A DNA stretch of 64,000 nucleotides from an uncultured Pseudomonadales bacterium (lineage in GTDB: Bacteria; Patescibacteriota; Microgenomatia; UBA1400; UBA12028). Made by a program: the position numbers and the translations under genes. Of this stretch, positions 39,938-49,413 are shown piece by piece. Every line of letters starts with the position of its first letter. Within the stretch, counting starts at the first letter, position 1. The notes beneath the pieces were generated by a model that did no database searches, was not told the DNA's origin, and saw only the letters and a list, made by a program, of their open reading frames with translations. The stretch is taken from assembly GCA_964635905.1 (NCBI GenBank), contig CAZWPK010000001.1, positions 4,894-68,893 of the forward strand. Direction: 5' to 3'.

Positions 39938-41149
39938 ATGGAAAATATATTTACGATACCCCAAACAACTAAAGTTTTTCCTACGTTGACTGTGCGTAGT
40001 TATCAAGATTTATCGTCACAGCCAATTGTTGTCTTTTCCCATCTTCGTTGGAATTCCGTAACCCAACGTCCGCAACACTTACTGCAGCGCTTGTCCGATC
40101 ATCATCCAATTTTATTTGTTGAAGAACCCATTGAGCATGACGCAAACGATGGGGGTACTGCACTGCTTTCGCAAGTGGAAGAAAACATTACCGTGTTGCA
40201 ACCTCGAATTGGTTGGGACAACATGACTCAAAATCTAGCCCCTATCGTAAAAGCGCAGTGTAGTGCAATGGGAATACAAGATCCCATCTTGTGGTTTTAC
40301 TCTCCCATGTTTATCGATATCGCTGACTGTTTGTCGTATAGCAAAATAGTTTATGACTGTATGGACGAACTCTCTGCATTCTTAGGAGCTCCGCAGTCCT
40401 TGCTTGCAAAAGAAGAAAAATTACTTGCCGTATCGGATGTTGTCTTTACGGGTGGAAAATCACTCTTTGAGTCAAAGCGACAGCGACATAGGAATGTTCA
40501 CTGCTTCCCAAGCTCTGTGGATGAGAAACACTTTAAAAAAGTCTTTAAGTCGTCGACACAAATTCCCGCTGATATCTCAAAAATAAAACCGCCAGTGGTT
40601 GGATTCTATGGCGTGGTCGATGAGCGTCTGGATCTAGCTTTAATCGATCAAATCTCACTCAAACGCCCTGAAGTCTCTTTCGTGATTATTGGCCCTGTTG
40701 TAAAAATTGATCCTTCATCACTCCCTGTACGCAAGAATATTCATTACCTGGGCAAGAAAGAGTATGCAGAGTTGCCCTCGTACTTAAAGGCATTTGATAT
40801 TGCGATGATGCCATTTGCACTCAATGATGCCACACGATTTATCAGTCCGACGAAGACCTTAGAGTATATGGCTGCAAACAAGCCAATTATCTCAACCGCT
40901 ATTTATGATGTGGTACGCGATTATAGCGATGTCGTGACAGTCGTCTCACATGCGGAAGCATTCTCACAAGCAATTACGGATTATTTAGAAGAAACCGAAT
41001 CTCAATGCAGTAAGAGAGAAAAGAAACAAGAAGCGATCATTGCCAACACATCATGGGATAAAACGGCAACTGCCATGCAGGAATTGATCTCTGTGGAATC
41101 AGCAGACGAAAAATCTTTTTCCACCTCTGTGCTGTCGTATACAGCATAA
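39938..41149 (+). CDS. glycosyltransferase (GT-B), type commonly associated with UDP-galactopyranose mutase
   Basis: FSHLRWNSVTQRPQHL, VYDCMDEL, GFYGVVDERLD, ISPTKTLEYMA. Confidence 0.88.
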   Translation: MENIFTIPQTTKVFPTLTVRSYQDLSSQPIVVFSHLRWNSVTQRPQHLLQRLSDHHPILFVEEPIEHDANDGGTALLSQVEENITVLQPRIGWDNMTQNLAPIVKAQCSAMGIQDPILWFYSPMFIDIADCLSYSKIVYDCMDELSAFLGAPQSLLAKEEKLLAVSDVVFTGGKSLFESKRQRHRNVHCFPSSVDEKHFKKVFKSSTQIPADISKIKPPVVGFYGVVDERLDLALIDQISLKRPEVSFVIIGPVVKIDPSSLPVRKNIHYLGKKEYAELPSYLKAFDIAMMPFALNDATRFISPTKTLEYMAANKPIISTAIYDVVRDYSDVVTVVSHAEAFSQAITDYLEETESQCSKREKKQEAIIANTSWDKTATAMQELISVESADEKSFSTSVLSYTA

Positions 41150-41203
41150 CGTTTCAGTACAAATCATATAGAAATCTGCACCCTCGATGGTGGAAGGAGC
41201 ATC

Positions 41204-42340
41204 ATGGCCACAGTACCTCAAATTGTTTGTATCGGAGCAGGGATTTCTGGTGCTACGTTAGCAGAACGTTATGCTGCCGTTGGCAAAAAAGTGCTAGTGA
41301 TAGAGAAGCGGGACCATATTGGTGGTAATTGTTACGATTACTACAACGATGATGGCATTCTGGTTTCCAAGTACGGAGCGCATTTATTTCACACCAATGA
41401 TGAAGAAGTATGGGAGTACGTGCAGCGCTTCTCAGAATGGTTTAAATACGAGCACAAAGTATTAGCCAGAGTGGATGGTCAGCTTGTGCCAATTCCAGTC
41501 AACATTACCACGATTAATACTCTCTTTGGATTGTCCATTGAGAATGAAGCAGAGATGGATGCATGGCTTAAGACAAACCAGGTCCATAACGACCACCCAA
41601 AGAACGGGAAAGAAGCTGCTTTAGCCCGGGTGGGGGAAGTGTTGTACGAAAAAATGTTTAAACACTACACGAAGAAACAATGGGATAAATTTCCGGAAGA
41701 GTTAGATGCATCAGTACTCCAACGCATTCCAGTTCGAAACAATTTCGATGATCGATATTTCTCAGACACCTATCAGTTCCTTCCGAAAAATGGCTACACA
41801 AAGCTATTCGAAAAGATGCTCAATCACCCCAATATTGAGGTTCGATTACATACGGATTTCTTTGATGTTAAAGACTCACTTCAAGCAGTGGAAAAGATTT
41901 TTTATACTGGTCCGATTGATCGATACTTTGATTTTAAGTTTTCGTTAGAAGAAAAACTCGAATATCGTTCGATTAATTTTGTCGCAGAAACCCATGACGT
42001 GGATTATTTTCAAGAAAATTCCGTCATCAATTACCCAGGCCCTGAAGTACCCTATACCAGAATTGTCGAATACAAGCATATCACTGGTCAAGTCGTGCCG
42101 AATAAAACTACCATTGTGAAAGAATTCACGGTTGATGATGGAGAACCTTACTATCCTGTTCCCAATGAGCGTAATCAAGCCATCTATGAGAAGTATCGCA
42201 AAGAGACCGAAAAACTGACTAACGTTTTCTTTGTCGGAAGACTCGCAAATTATAAGTACTTTAATATGGATCAAGCGTTTAAGAGTGCGCTAGAGATGTT
42301 CCACTCGTTGTGGGAAAAAGAGGAAGCACAACCCTCTTAG
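41204..42340 (+). CDS. glf: UDP-galactopyranose mutase
   Basis: GAGISG, HIGGNCYD, YGAHLFHT, YTKKQW, PYYPVPN, GRLANYKYFNMDQ. Confidence 0.95.
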   Translation: MATVPQIVCIGAGISGATLAERYAAVGKKVLVIEKRDHIGGNCYDYYNDDGILVSKYGAHLFHTNDEEVWEYVQRFSEWFKYEHKVLARVDGQLVPIPVNITTINTLFGLSIENEAEMDAWLKTNQVHNDHPKNGKEAALARVGEVLYEKMFKHYTKKQWDKFPEELDASVLQRIPVRNNFDDRYFSDTYQFLPKNGYTKLFEKMLNHPNIEVRLHTDFFDVKDSLQAVEKIFYTGPIDRYFDFKFSLEEKLEYRSINFVAETHDVDYFQENSVINYPGPEVPYTRIVEYKHITGQVVPNKTTIVKEFTVDDGEPYYPVPNERNQAIYEKYRKETEKLTNVFFVGRLANYKYFNMDQAFKSALEMFHSLWEKEEAQPS

Positions 42341-42429
42341 CAATCGATACACCATTCCACGACATCCTGATCGTTTAATAATCAGATGTTTGGAATTTAC
42401 AGCTTACCATTGAGAAAAACTGAGGCACT

Positions 42430-43590
42430 ATGTCACAACGATCTTCTCCTTTTCAGTCTTTTATGATCGCCGGCTTTGAATGCACTTCTGCAAAAGCGGA
42501 GAAAGGAAAACGTTTTGATTTGTTAGCCGCAAGTAAGCACGATGACTATTGTCGAATAGACTATCAACTGATCAAAGAACAAGGGATTTCCACTGTTCGT
42601 GAAGGATTATCCTGGTCCCAGATTGATCAAGGCAATGGCCAGTATGATTTTTCTCGATTTATTCCCATGCTTGAGATTGCCAAAGAGGAGGGTATTCAAC
42701 AACTCTGGGATCTCAACCACTTTGATTTTCCGGATTACTTAGACCCGTTTACCGATGAGTTTGCCGTCGCTTACGCAGCGTATGCCAAAGCGTGCGTGCG
42801 ACTACTGCGACCATATAGTGACCATCAATTATTCATTGCACCCTTAAATGAACCATCATTTTTTGCTTGGATGTGTGACAACGGATTATGGGCACCGTAT
42901 GCAAATGGCAGGGGGCCACAATTTAAACATCAGCTTGTCAAAGCGGCAATCGCGGCGATGAATGCCATCTGGGAAATTGATTCAGCTGTTGCGTTTTTAC
43001 ATCCGGATCCGTATATGTATCGCACTCCCATGCGCAAGAAAAATCTTGTGGAACAGGAATTTTGTGACGATTTTAATGCCAACGTTCGCTTCGAATCTTG
43101 GGACTTAATCAGTGGGAAACTTGAACCAGAGATAGGTGGAGCTCCAAAGTATCTTCAGTATTTAGGAATCAATTATTATTTTTATAATCAGCAGATGGTA
43201 AGAATAGATGCAGAGAATCGGTTTGCGTTTCGCTCTCTCTCGTTAACGCATACACGACGATTACCACTCACCACCATTGTGTCGCAGCTTCAGGAGCGTT
43301 ATGGTGCTTCGATTGTGCTCACGGAGACAGGGAGCTATCGTAAGCGACGAGTAACCTGGTGGACATACATTTTAAATGAAGTACAAGCCTGTTTGGATGC
43401 AGGGATACCAATCTTAGGTGTTTGTTCCTATCCGACGCTTGATATTGTTAAAGGAGCGGGATTCATCGTTCCCCAATCGGGACTATGGGATTTTGACTGT
43501 AATGATAAATCATGTCAACGGTACCCCCATGAAGATGCTCTACGGGTTATCCGAGAGTTTAATCGAACACAACTTGCTTCAAGCTCGTAG
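42430..43590 (+). CDS. clan GH-A glycoside hydrolase (GH1-like)
   Basis: AGFEC, VREGLSW, NEP acid/base motif, GINYY, TETG nucleophile motif. Confidence 0.8.
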   Translation: MSQRSSPFQSFMIAGFECTSAKAEKGKRFDLLAASKHDDYCRIDYQLIKEQGISTVREGLSWSQIDQGNGQYDFSRFIPMLEIAKEEGIQQLWDLNHFDFPDYLDPFTDEFAVAYAAYAKACVRLLRPYSDHQLFIAPLNEPSFFAWMCDNGLWAPYANGRGPQFKHQLVKAAIAAMNAIWEIDSAVAFLHPDPYMYRTPMRKKNLVEQEFCDDFNANVRFESWDLISGKLEPEIGGAPKYLQYLGINYYFYNQQMVRIDAENRFAFRSLSLTHTRRLPLTTIVSQLQERYGASIVLTETGSYRKRRVTWWTYILNEVQACLDAGIPILGVCSYPTLDIVKGAGFIVPQSGLWDFDCNDKSCQRYPHEDALRVIREFNRTQLASSS

Positions 43591-43625
43591 AGCTCACATT
43601 TTTACACAGCACTGTAGCTGAATCT

Positions 43626-44777
43626 CTAGAACGAAAGAGGCTGTTGTGAAATGCGCTGCTGCTTGGGTCGTTGAGGTTTTTGTAGCGGGAAGGTCGTGCT
43701 TCTTGAAAGTACACCGTTGCAATAATCACAGACTTTCTGTAACGAGTGCTGTGCATACACCAGTCTCCACTTTCCCTCTTTTCCGTTGCGCTGTTGTCGA
43801 ATTTCTACCAAGGAATCACCAAGTACAATCATGTCGGAATGTCCGTGCTCTTCATCAGAATTAGCGGGGTAGGGGATGCCTAGAACCGTTGGCTTATCGA
43901 GCAGTGAACGTGACGTTGCCCAGGTTACTCGTTGTTTCATATGCTCGTCTTTTAGAAAGGAGACAAAGATCCATAAGAACAAATTGGGTTCTAATTGGAC
44001 GACTTTGGCTCCTTCGTTTCCCCATTCCGAGCCATCTTCAAAAGGTCGATTATGGAATTCGATCTCGTCTTGGTTGATGACAAGGATTGGTGGTTCCCAC
44101 TTTCCTTTCTTGGCATGTACCGCACGCTTGATCATATACACATCCCCAAACCCCATACGGTTTCCCGTTCGGTATCCGGAAAAGAGGACCACTTCGTAGC
44201 GTGTTCCCTCTAGCTCTACGACAGAAGTCCCTGCATCATAAACTCCTGAAACCTCATAGCCCCATTTTTTTAGCAATGCTTTGTCCACCAATGGTCGTTT
44301 GCTTCGGGTGAAGTGAATTCCATCAGAGGAATATCCACGATAGACAACACATTCGGTATCGGAGTCAAAGCACTCACTTTGGACGTCCATAATAAATAAG
44401 TCTTCTCCATTGCTAAGTGTATGTCGAAGTACTGCAGGGGCGCATACACGGTCTCCTTGGAGATCAATGGAGACGGTTCCAATAAAGTTCCATTCTTTAC
44501 TGTCTAGAGTTTCGGCTTCAAACATTCCCATCTCCCAGCGCTGTTCATCCGATCGTCCCCACGAGACATACATGCGGAACTTTCCATTGGCTAACTGCAC
44601 GATGTTGGGATCCTTGGTCTCTCGTTCTTGCTCACTTTCTTCCATCTTTTTCCCACCAATCATCAGCTGCAGTGCACTTTCTGTGTATCCACGATCAAAC
44701 AGATCCGGATGAATAACGGTCTTTAGTAGATTCATTGAAGCTTCGAGCTGTGGGGAATTTATAGATTCTTGTGACAT
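43626..44777 (-). CDS. putative five-bladed beta-propeller glycoside hydrolase (GH43/32/130-like)
   Basis: Repeated blade starts KDPNIV, CAPAVL, YDAGTS, NEGAKVV, HGHSDM; SSDGIHF Asp-box. Confidence 0.55.
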   Translation of the reverse strand: MSQESINSPQLEASMNLLKTVIHPDLFDRGYTESALQLMIGGKKMEESEQERETKDPNIVQLANGKFRMYVSWGRSDEQRWEMGMFEAETLDSKEWNFIGTVSIDLQGDRVCAPAVLRHTLSNGEDLFIMDVQSECFDSDTECVVYRGYSSDGIHFTRSKRPLVDKALLKKWGYEVSGVYDAGTSVVELEGTRYEVVLFSGYRTGNRMGFGDVYMIKRAVHAKKGKWEPPILVINQDEIEFHNRPFEDGSEWGNEGAKVVQLEPNLFLWIFVSFLKDEHMKQRVTWATSRSLLDKPTVLGIPYPANSDEEHGHSDMIVLGDSLVEIRQQRNGKEGKWRLVYAQHSLQKVCDYCNGVLSRSTTFPLQKPQRPKQQRISQQPLSF

Positions 44778-45110
44778 AGACACTACTAAATTAGATTGAA
44801 TTGGGTTGTAGATATAGCAAACATCGACGCGATGAGAAGGGGCAAATTATTAGAAGTCGTGCGATCTATTCTCACAATAGTAATGCATCATTTCTCTATC
44901 TGGAGATTGTGAAAAAACCATGAGAAATGAATTATTATCGGTTCTCACAGTTTTCCTTTTCCTTTGGGTTTATTGTGAGAAATAGGAAAGAAATCTACTC
45001 AGGGAGGAGCAATGCAAAACGTAGGTAGGGAGTATCGTAAGAATGTAAGGAAATCTTGACTTGCAATCTGAATTTACTCTCTGGTACCCTTGACACTAAG
45101 GAGACCGCCT

Positions 45111-45293
45111 ATGAAATATTGGATTGTTGCCACCTTGACTTTTGGACTATTTTTAGCAGGGTGTTCACGTAATCAGCCGCCTACTCCAATGCCAGCCGAC
45201 GCACCCAGCGCATCGATGACTCCAGAAGAACTGGGAAACCCATCAACACCTGCGGAACAGATACAGCCATCTTCGGAGGAATTGTCGTATTAA
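45111..45293 (+). CDS. small lipoprotein
   Basis: SD AAGGAG, signal peptide with lipobox LAGC, Pro/Ser-rich tail. Confidence 0.75.
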   Translation: MKYWIVATLTFGLFLAGCSRNQPPTPMPADAPSASMTPEELGNPSTPAEQIQPSSEELSY

Positions 45294-45353
45294 CAAGCGG
45301 CATCACCCTGAGTTGGCCTTGAACTATGGCCAGCATGTTTCTACACTAACTAA

Positions 45354-46697
45354 GTGACCACTTTTACGCATCTTTCCGATCCCAACGTGTGTATTGTTTT
45401 TGCCTACGCTCCAGCAGGCCTAGGGCATCTGCGAGTGAGCTTTGCGCTTCGTCAAGGATTACCAGACGATGTTGATCCCTTATTGTTACCCGACCGGACT
45501 GGATCAGTGAGTTTTTTGCACCGACTCACTAGTACGACTACCATTGGCAAAAAAATATTGGAATGGTCGCAGTATGGGGTGGGAGAAGATCTCTTTACCA
45601 AGCTGTATCGGAAGATGCTTCGATCCGATGCAAAGGAGTTGGAAGAAAAATTATTTGAAATCTACAAACAGCGCGTAACTGTTCCCACCACTCTACTCAT
45701 TGTCTGTACGCACTTTGGAATTGCACATCAAGTTTCTGTCATTAAGAATAGACTCGAAAAACGTGCCAGAGTGAAAATCGTCTTGATCGTACAAGTTACC
45801 GACGATAGTCCGCAAAAGATGTGGTATGTACCTACTGCAGATCGAATTTTTGTCCCCAGTTTGCAAACAAAGAAAGCGTTGCGGCTGTACGCAAAGGGAG
45901 AACGGTTAGCAGACTCTAAGCTCTCTGTAATCCCGTATCCTATAAGTCCGACGTTATGTGAGCCGTTATTACCAGCAGCATGGAAGCACAAGCTTTCCCA
46001 GCTTGATGATCAAGAGACCACTCCCATTACGATTTCAATCCCGATTTCGGGAGCAGGAGTGGGAACAACGTTTGCTTCCTCGCTCATTAAGTCATTACAT
46101 AAAGCTTCAAAACGCTATCACTTCCAAGTGGTGGGTAAACGAACTTGGTACACGGAGTTATTTTTAAAATCTTTAGAATCTAAAGATTATGTGAGTGTCT
46201 ATTCTTCGCATTCAGACCGTCAAATTATCGAACAGTACGAACTGTCCTTTCAGGAAGCCATTATTTCTTTTGAAATAACGAAACCTTCGGAACAAGCATT
46301 TAAGTGTTTGCTTTCTCCCCGTCAGCTTGGGGGAGTGTTGATGCTATTTACAGAGCCAGTTGGTAGACAAGAAGTTGACAACCTCGATTTCTTTCGGCGT
46401 CATGAGCATATCCCGACTCAACTGGAACAAACCCTTCTTTGGGAAGCCTCCCAGAAAGACTGGAAAAGCGCGAAGTCCGAAGTTTTGGAGTTAATCGAAC
46501 GGGCTGACCAGTGGCGAGGAATGAAACTACCTCCAGATCCAGTAGCTTCGAGCAACTTTATCTCCTGGGGGTACCGCCAAGGTTTGTGGAAACGGATGCT
46601 CAAAGCTATCCCTTGTTCGGACAAGAATCAGGAATGTCAGGAAGTAGGAGATATAGGTGTCGCATTATTTTGGGAGCAAATAGAAAAGCAACTCTAA
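45354..46697 (+). CDS. divergent GT-B glycosyltransferase (UgtP/MGDG-synthase-like)
   Basis: AGLGHLRV, IVCTHF, QVTDD, ITKPSE, PVGRQEVDN motifs in the expected order. Confidence 0.55.
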   Translation: MTTFTHLSDPNVCIVFAYAPAGLGHLRVSFALRQGLPDDVDPLLLPDRTGSVSFLHRLTSTTTIGKKILEWSQYGVGEDLFTKLYRKMLRSDAKELEEKLFEIYKQRVTVPTTLLIVCTHFGIAHQVSVIKNRLEKRARVKIVLIVQVTDDSPQKMWYVPTADRIFVPSLQTKKALRLYAKGERLADSKLSVIPYPISPTLCEPLLPAAWKHKLSQLDDQETTPITISIPISGAGVGTTFASSLIKSLHKASKRYHFQVVGKRTWYTELFLKSLESKDYVSVYSSHSDRQIIEQYELSFQEAIISFEITKPSEQAFKCLLSPRQLGGVLMLFTEPVGRQEVDNLDFFRRHEHIPTQLEQTLLWEASQKDWKSAKSEVLELIERADQWRGMKLPPDPVASSNFISWGYRQGLWKRMLKAIPCSDKNQECQEVGDIGVALFWEQIEKQL

Positions 46698-46730
46698 ATC
46701 CAGTACAAACCTTTGATACAATACCCCCTC

Positions 46731-48545
46731 ATGCATCCAATTTTTAGAATCCTCTCCTTTACGAAGCACTTATGGAAACTCTATGTTTTCATGGGTTTAT
46801 TTGTGATCGCAACGTCGATGTTGTCGCTCGTGTCGCCGCTTCTTTCAAAACAAATCGTCGATACGATTGTTGCCCATTTTAGTGGCAATGCTCAAAACAT
46901 TTCTAGAATAGTCTGGATATTAGGGGCAATCCTACTTGCGGATGTGACGAGTACCGTCTTAACAGCGTACGGACAATGGATTGGAGATCAGTTGGGAGAA
47001 AAACTTCAAACGCATTTAAGCTCCTCCTTTTACAAGCATGTCCTTTCATTACACATTGGCTATTTTGATAACGAGATCACCGGTAAGATCACGAATAAGA
47101 TGACACGCGGCATTGCTAGCATTACTGATTTCATTCAAAACATGCTCAATAATTTCTTGCCATTCTTTTTAACGGCATTTGTCACAATTTTGTTGCTTTC
47201 TCGGTACTCCTTGGTGATTGCAGTCTTTTTGGCAGTGTTGTTTCCCCTGTATATTGTCATTTCCCATCAATCAACAAAAGTGTGGGGCATGTTTGCCGAG
47301 AAAGAAAACAAAATCCGCGATCAAGCATTCGGCAGAGTCTCGGAGAGTCTCACTGGAATCCGTGTCGTGAAAGCCTTCGTGGGCATTTCGCAGGAGATTG
47401 AGTCCTTCATTCAAGCGCGAACCGAAATTCAGAAACTCGCCAAGGAAAAAACCCGCATTTGGCACTGGTATGATTTTGTCCGAAGAATAACCTTAAACGT
47501 CATTTTGTTTGCGATTTTTGCCTACATCGTTTACTGGACCTTTCATGGACGTTTTACGATCGGTGAGATGACGCTGTTAATTCAACTCGTCAATCAGGCA
47601 CGATTCCCCTTGTTTGCAATGTCTTTTATTTTAGGCCAGATTCAGCAAGCGAGCAGTGGCTCCAAAGATTTCTTTGATGTGTTAGCTACTCCAACCAAAA
47701 TTACAGATGCCTCAGCTGCAGTATCACTAGAATGGAAATCGGGTTTTGATAGACAAGAAACGCTGATTGAATTTAAGGATGTCTCCTTTAGCTATGATGA
47801 TGATAAGAAGGTATTAAACGGAATTAACTTCCACATTCGGCCAAAGGCAAAGTTTGCGTTAGTGGGAGAATCAGGACAAGGGAAATCAACAATCGTTAAC
47901 TTGTTACTGCGCTTTTATGAACCTCAGGGTGGAACGATTTCCATCAATGGTCAAGATATTGCCAAAGTAACACAGAAATCATTGCATCAGAGTATTGCCG
48001 TCGTGTTCCAGGAATCTCTACTTTTCTCCGGGACGATTATTGAGAATATTCGCTATGGGAAACCTGGTGCCACGCAAAAAGAAGTAATCGCCGCTGCCAA
48101 AGCTGCCAATGCGCATGAATTTATTGAAACTCTCTCCAACGGCTATGATAGTGTCGTCGGTGAACGAGGGGTGAAGCTATCTGGAGGTCAAAAGCAACGG
48201 ATTGCGATTGCTCGTGCTATGCTGGCTGATAGTCCAATCATCATCCTGGACGAAGCAACGAGTGCATTGGATAGTAAATCCGAGCTTCTTGTCCAAGAAG
48301 GACTAGAACGACTGTTGAAGGGTAGAACTTCAATTATCATTGCGCATCGACTCTCAACGATTGCCAATGCCGACCACATCCTCGTACTTTCCGAAGGGAA
48401 AGTGGCAGAGCAGGGGACCTCGACAGAACTACTGGCAAAAAAAGATGGAATGTACCGAGGACTTGTTGAACTGCAATCCCAGTTACTAACAGCTCCTTCC
48501 GACAAGAAGAAAGAAAAGCTGAAGAAATTTGATTTGGTGGGATAG
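46731..48545 (+). CDS. ABC exporter with fused TMD-NBD (MsbA/Sav1866-like)
   Basis: 6 TM segments, GESGQGKST, LSGGQKQRIAIARA, LDEATSALD, IAHRLST. Confidence 0.93.
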   Translation: MHPIFRILSFTKHLWKLYVFMGLFVIATSMLSLVSPLLSKQIVDTIVAHFSGNAQNISRIVWILGAILLADVTSTVLTAYGQWIGDQLGEKLQTHLSSSFYKHVLSLHIGYFDNEITGKITNKMTRGIASITDFIQNMLNNFLPFFLTAFVTILLLSRYSLVIAVFLAVLFPLYIVISHQSTKVWGMFAEKENKIRDQAFGRVSESLTGIRVVKAFVGISQEIESFIQARTEIQKLAKEKTRIWHWYDFVRRITLNVILFAIFAYIVYWTFHGRFTIGEMTLLIQLVNQARFPLFAMSFILGQIQQASSGSKDFFDVLATPTKITDASAAVSLEWKSGFDRQETLIEFKDVSFSYDDDKKVLNGINFHIRPKAKFALVGESGQGKSTIVNLLLRFYEPQGGTISINGQDIAKVTQKSLHQSIAVVFQESLLFSGTIIENIRYGKPGATQKEVIAAAKAANAHEFIETLSNGYDSVVGERGVKLSGGQKQRIAIARAMLADSPIIILDEATSALDSKSELLVQEGLERLLKGRTSIIIAHRLSTIANADHILVLSEGKVAEQGTSTELLAKKDGMYRGLVELQSQLLTAPSDKKKEKLKKFDLVG

Positions 48546-48854
48546 TTAGTATCGGGGGGGAGGCAGAAAACCTGTTCGATCTCTAGTAAAAAGCTCCCAA
48601 GTTTGATTTGGCGTAAAATTCATGTCCTGCATCTTCATATTCAGTTTATTAATGAGGGCGACTAATATCACCCGTACCTCATACTGTTGCAAATTTCCCA
48701 AATCAAATGAACTCTCTCTATGGGTTTTGCTCAATTCTCCATCCGGATTAACAACGATCAATTCACCGACCCAATTTCCCCTCTCCAGAGCTGCAAAAAC
48801 AGAAAAGTGTTTTGAATAACCACCATTAACAACAACTTTTTCTTGCGATGCCAT
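48546..48854 (-). CDS. hypothetical protein
   Basis: 102-aa ORF with GGAGG SD. Confidence 0.6.
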   Translation of the reverse strand: MASQEKVVVNGGYSKHFSVFAALERGNWVGELIVVNPDGELSKTHRESSFDLGNLQQYEVRVILVALINKLNMKMQDMNFTPNQTWELFTRDRTGFLPPPRY

Positions 48855-48991
48855 ATCAATACCTCCGATTAGTAGAGAAGATATATACCTGCTGTAAAGC
48901 AGATAGCAAAATCATAGGATACCAATCATTTTGGTGAGTCAAATTAATGGGAAACCAGGTTCGAGGTTTGGGAAAGTTAATAAACGAACCC

Positions 48992-49312
48992 TTACTCTTT
49001 AAGTGCGGAGCGAAGACCAGAAATTGCAGCTAATTCCTTCCAATAAAAACTGTTCTTTAGAAATTGCTGATCAATTTTATAACCGTCCCTAGTTATCCAA
49101 TCAGGATCGACAAAAATTCTTGCTGCATCAGTGGGATTAATATCTCCAATGAACTTCTTGTACTCGTCAAGGACATGCGCCCCAATTACAATCTTTTCTT
49201 GATCTGTATAAGGTTGGATTGTTGCGCCTGTCGGGATTTCACTTATCATGAGAATTCTAGTTGGGTGCTCTATTGGTAATCTAGATTCGAACAATCGTCT
49301 TAAAAAGTCCAT
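48992..49312 (-). CDS. hypothetical protein
   Basis: 106-aa ORF with AAGGA SD and extended -10 TGGTAGAAT. Confidence 0.6.
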   Translation of the reverse strand: MDFLRRLFESRLPIEHPTRILMISEIPTGATIQPYTDQEKIVIGAHVLDEYKKFIGDINPTDAARIFVDPDWITRDGYKIDQQFLKNSFYWKELAAISGLRSALKE

Positions 49313-49413
49313 AATGATCCTTTCAAGACCATTCTACCAAGCTAAAAAGCAATACGCATTGGCTTAAATTTCTCACCCTTTAAATCTTCAAAATAGGCTT
49401 GTAGGATGTGCAG

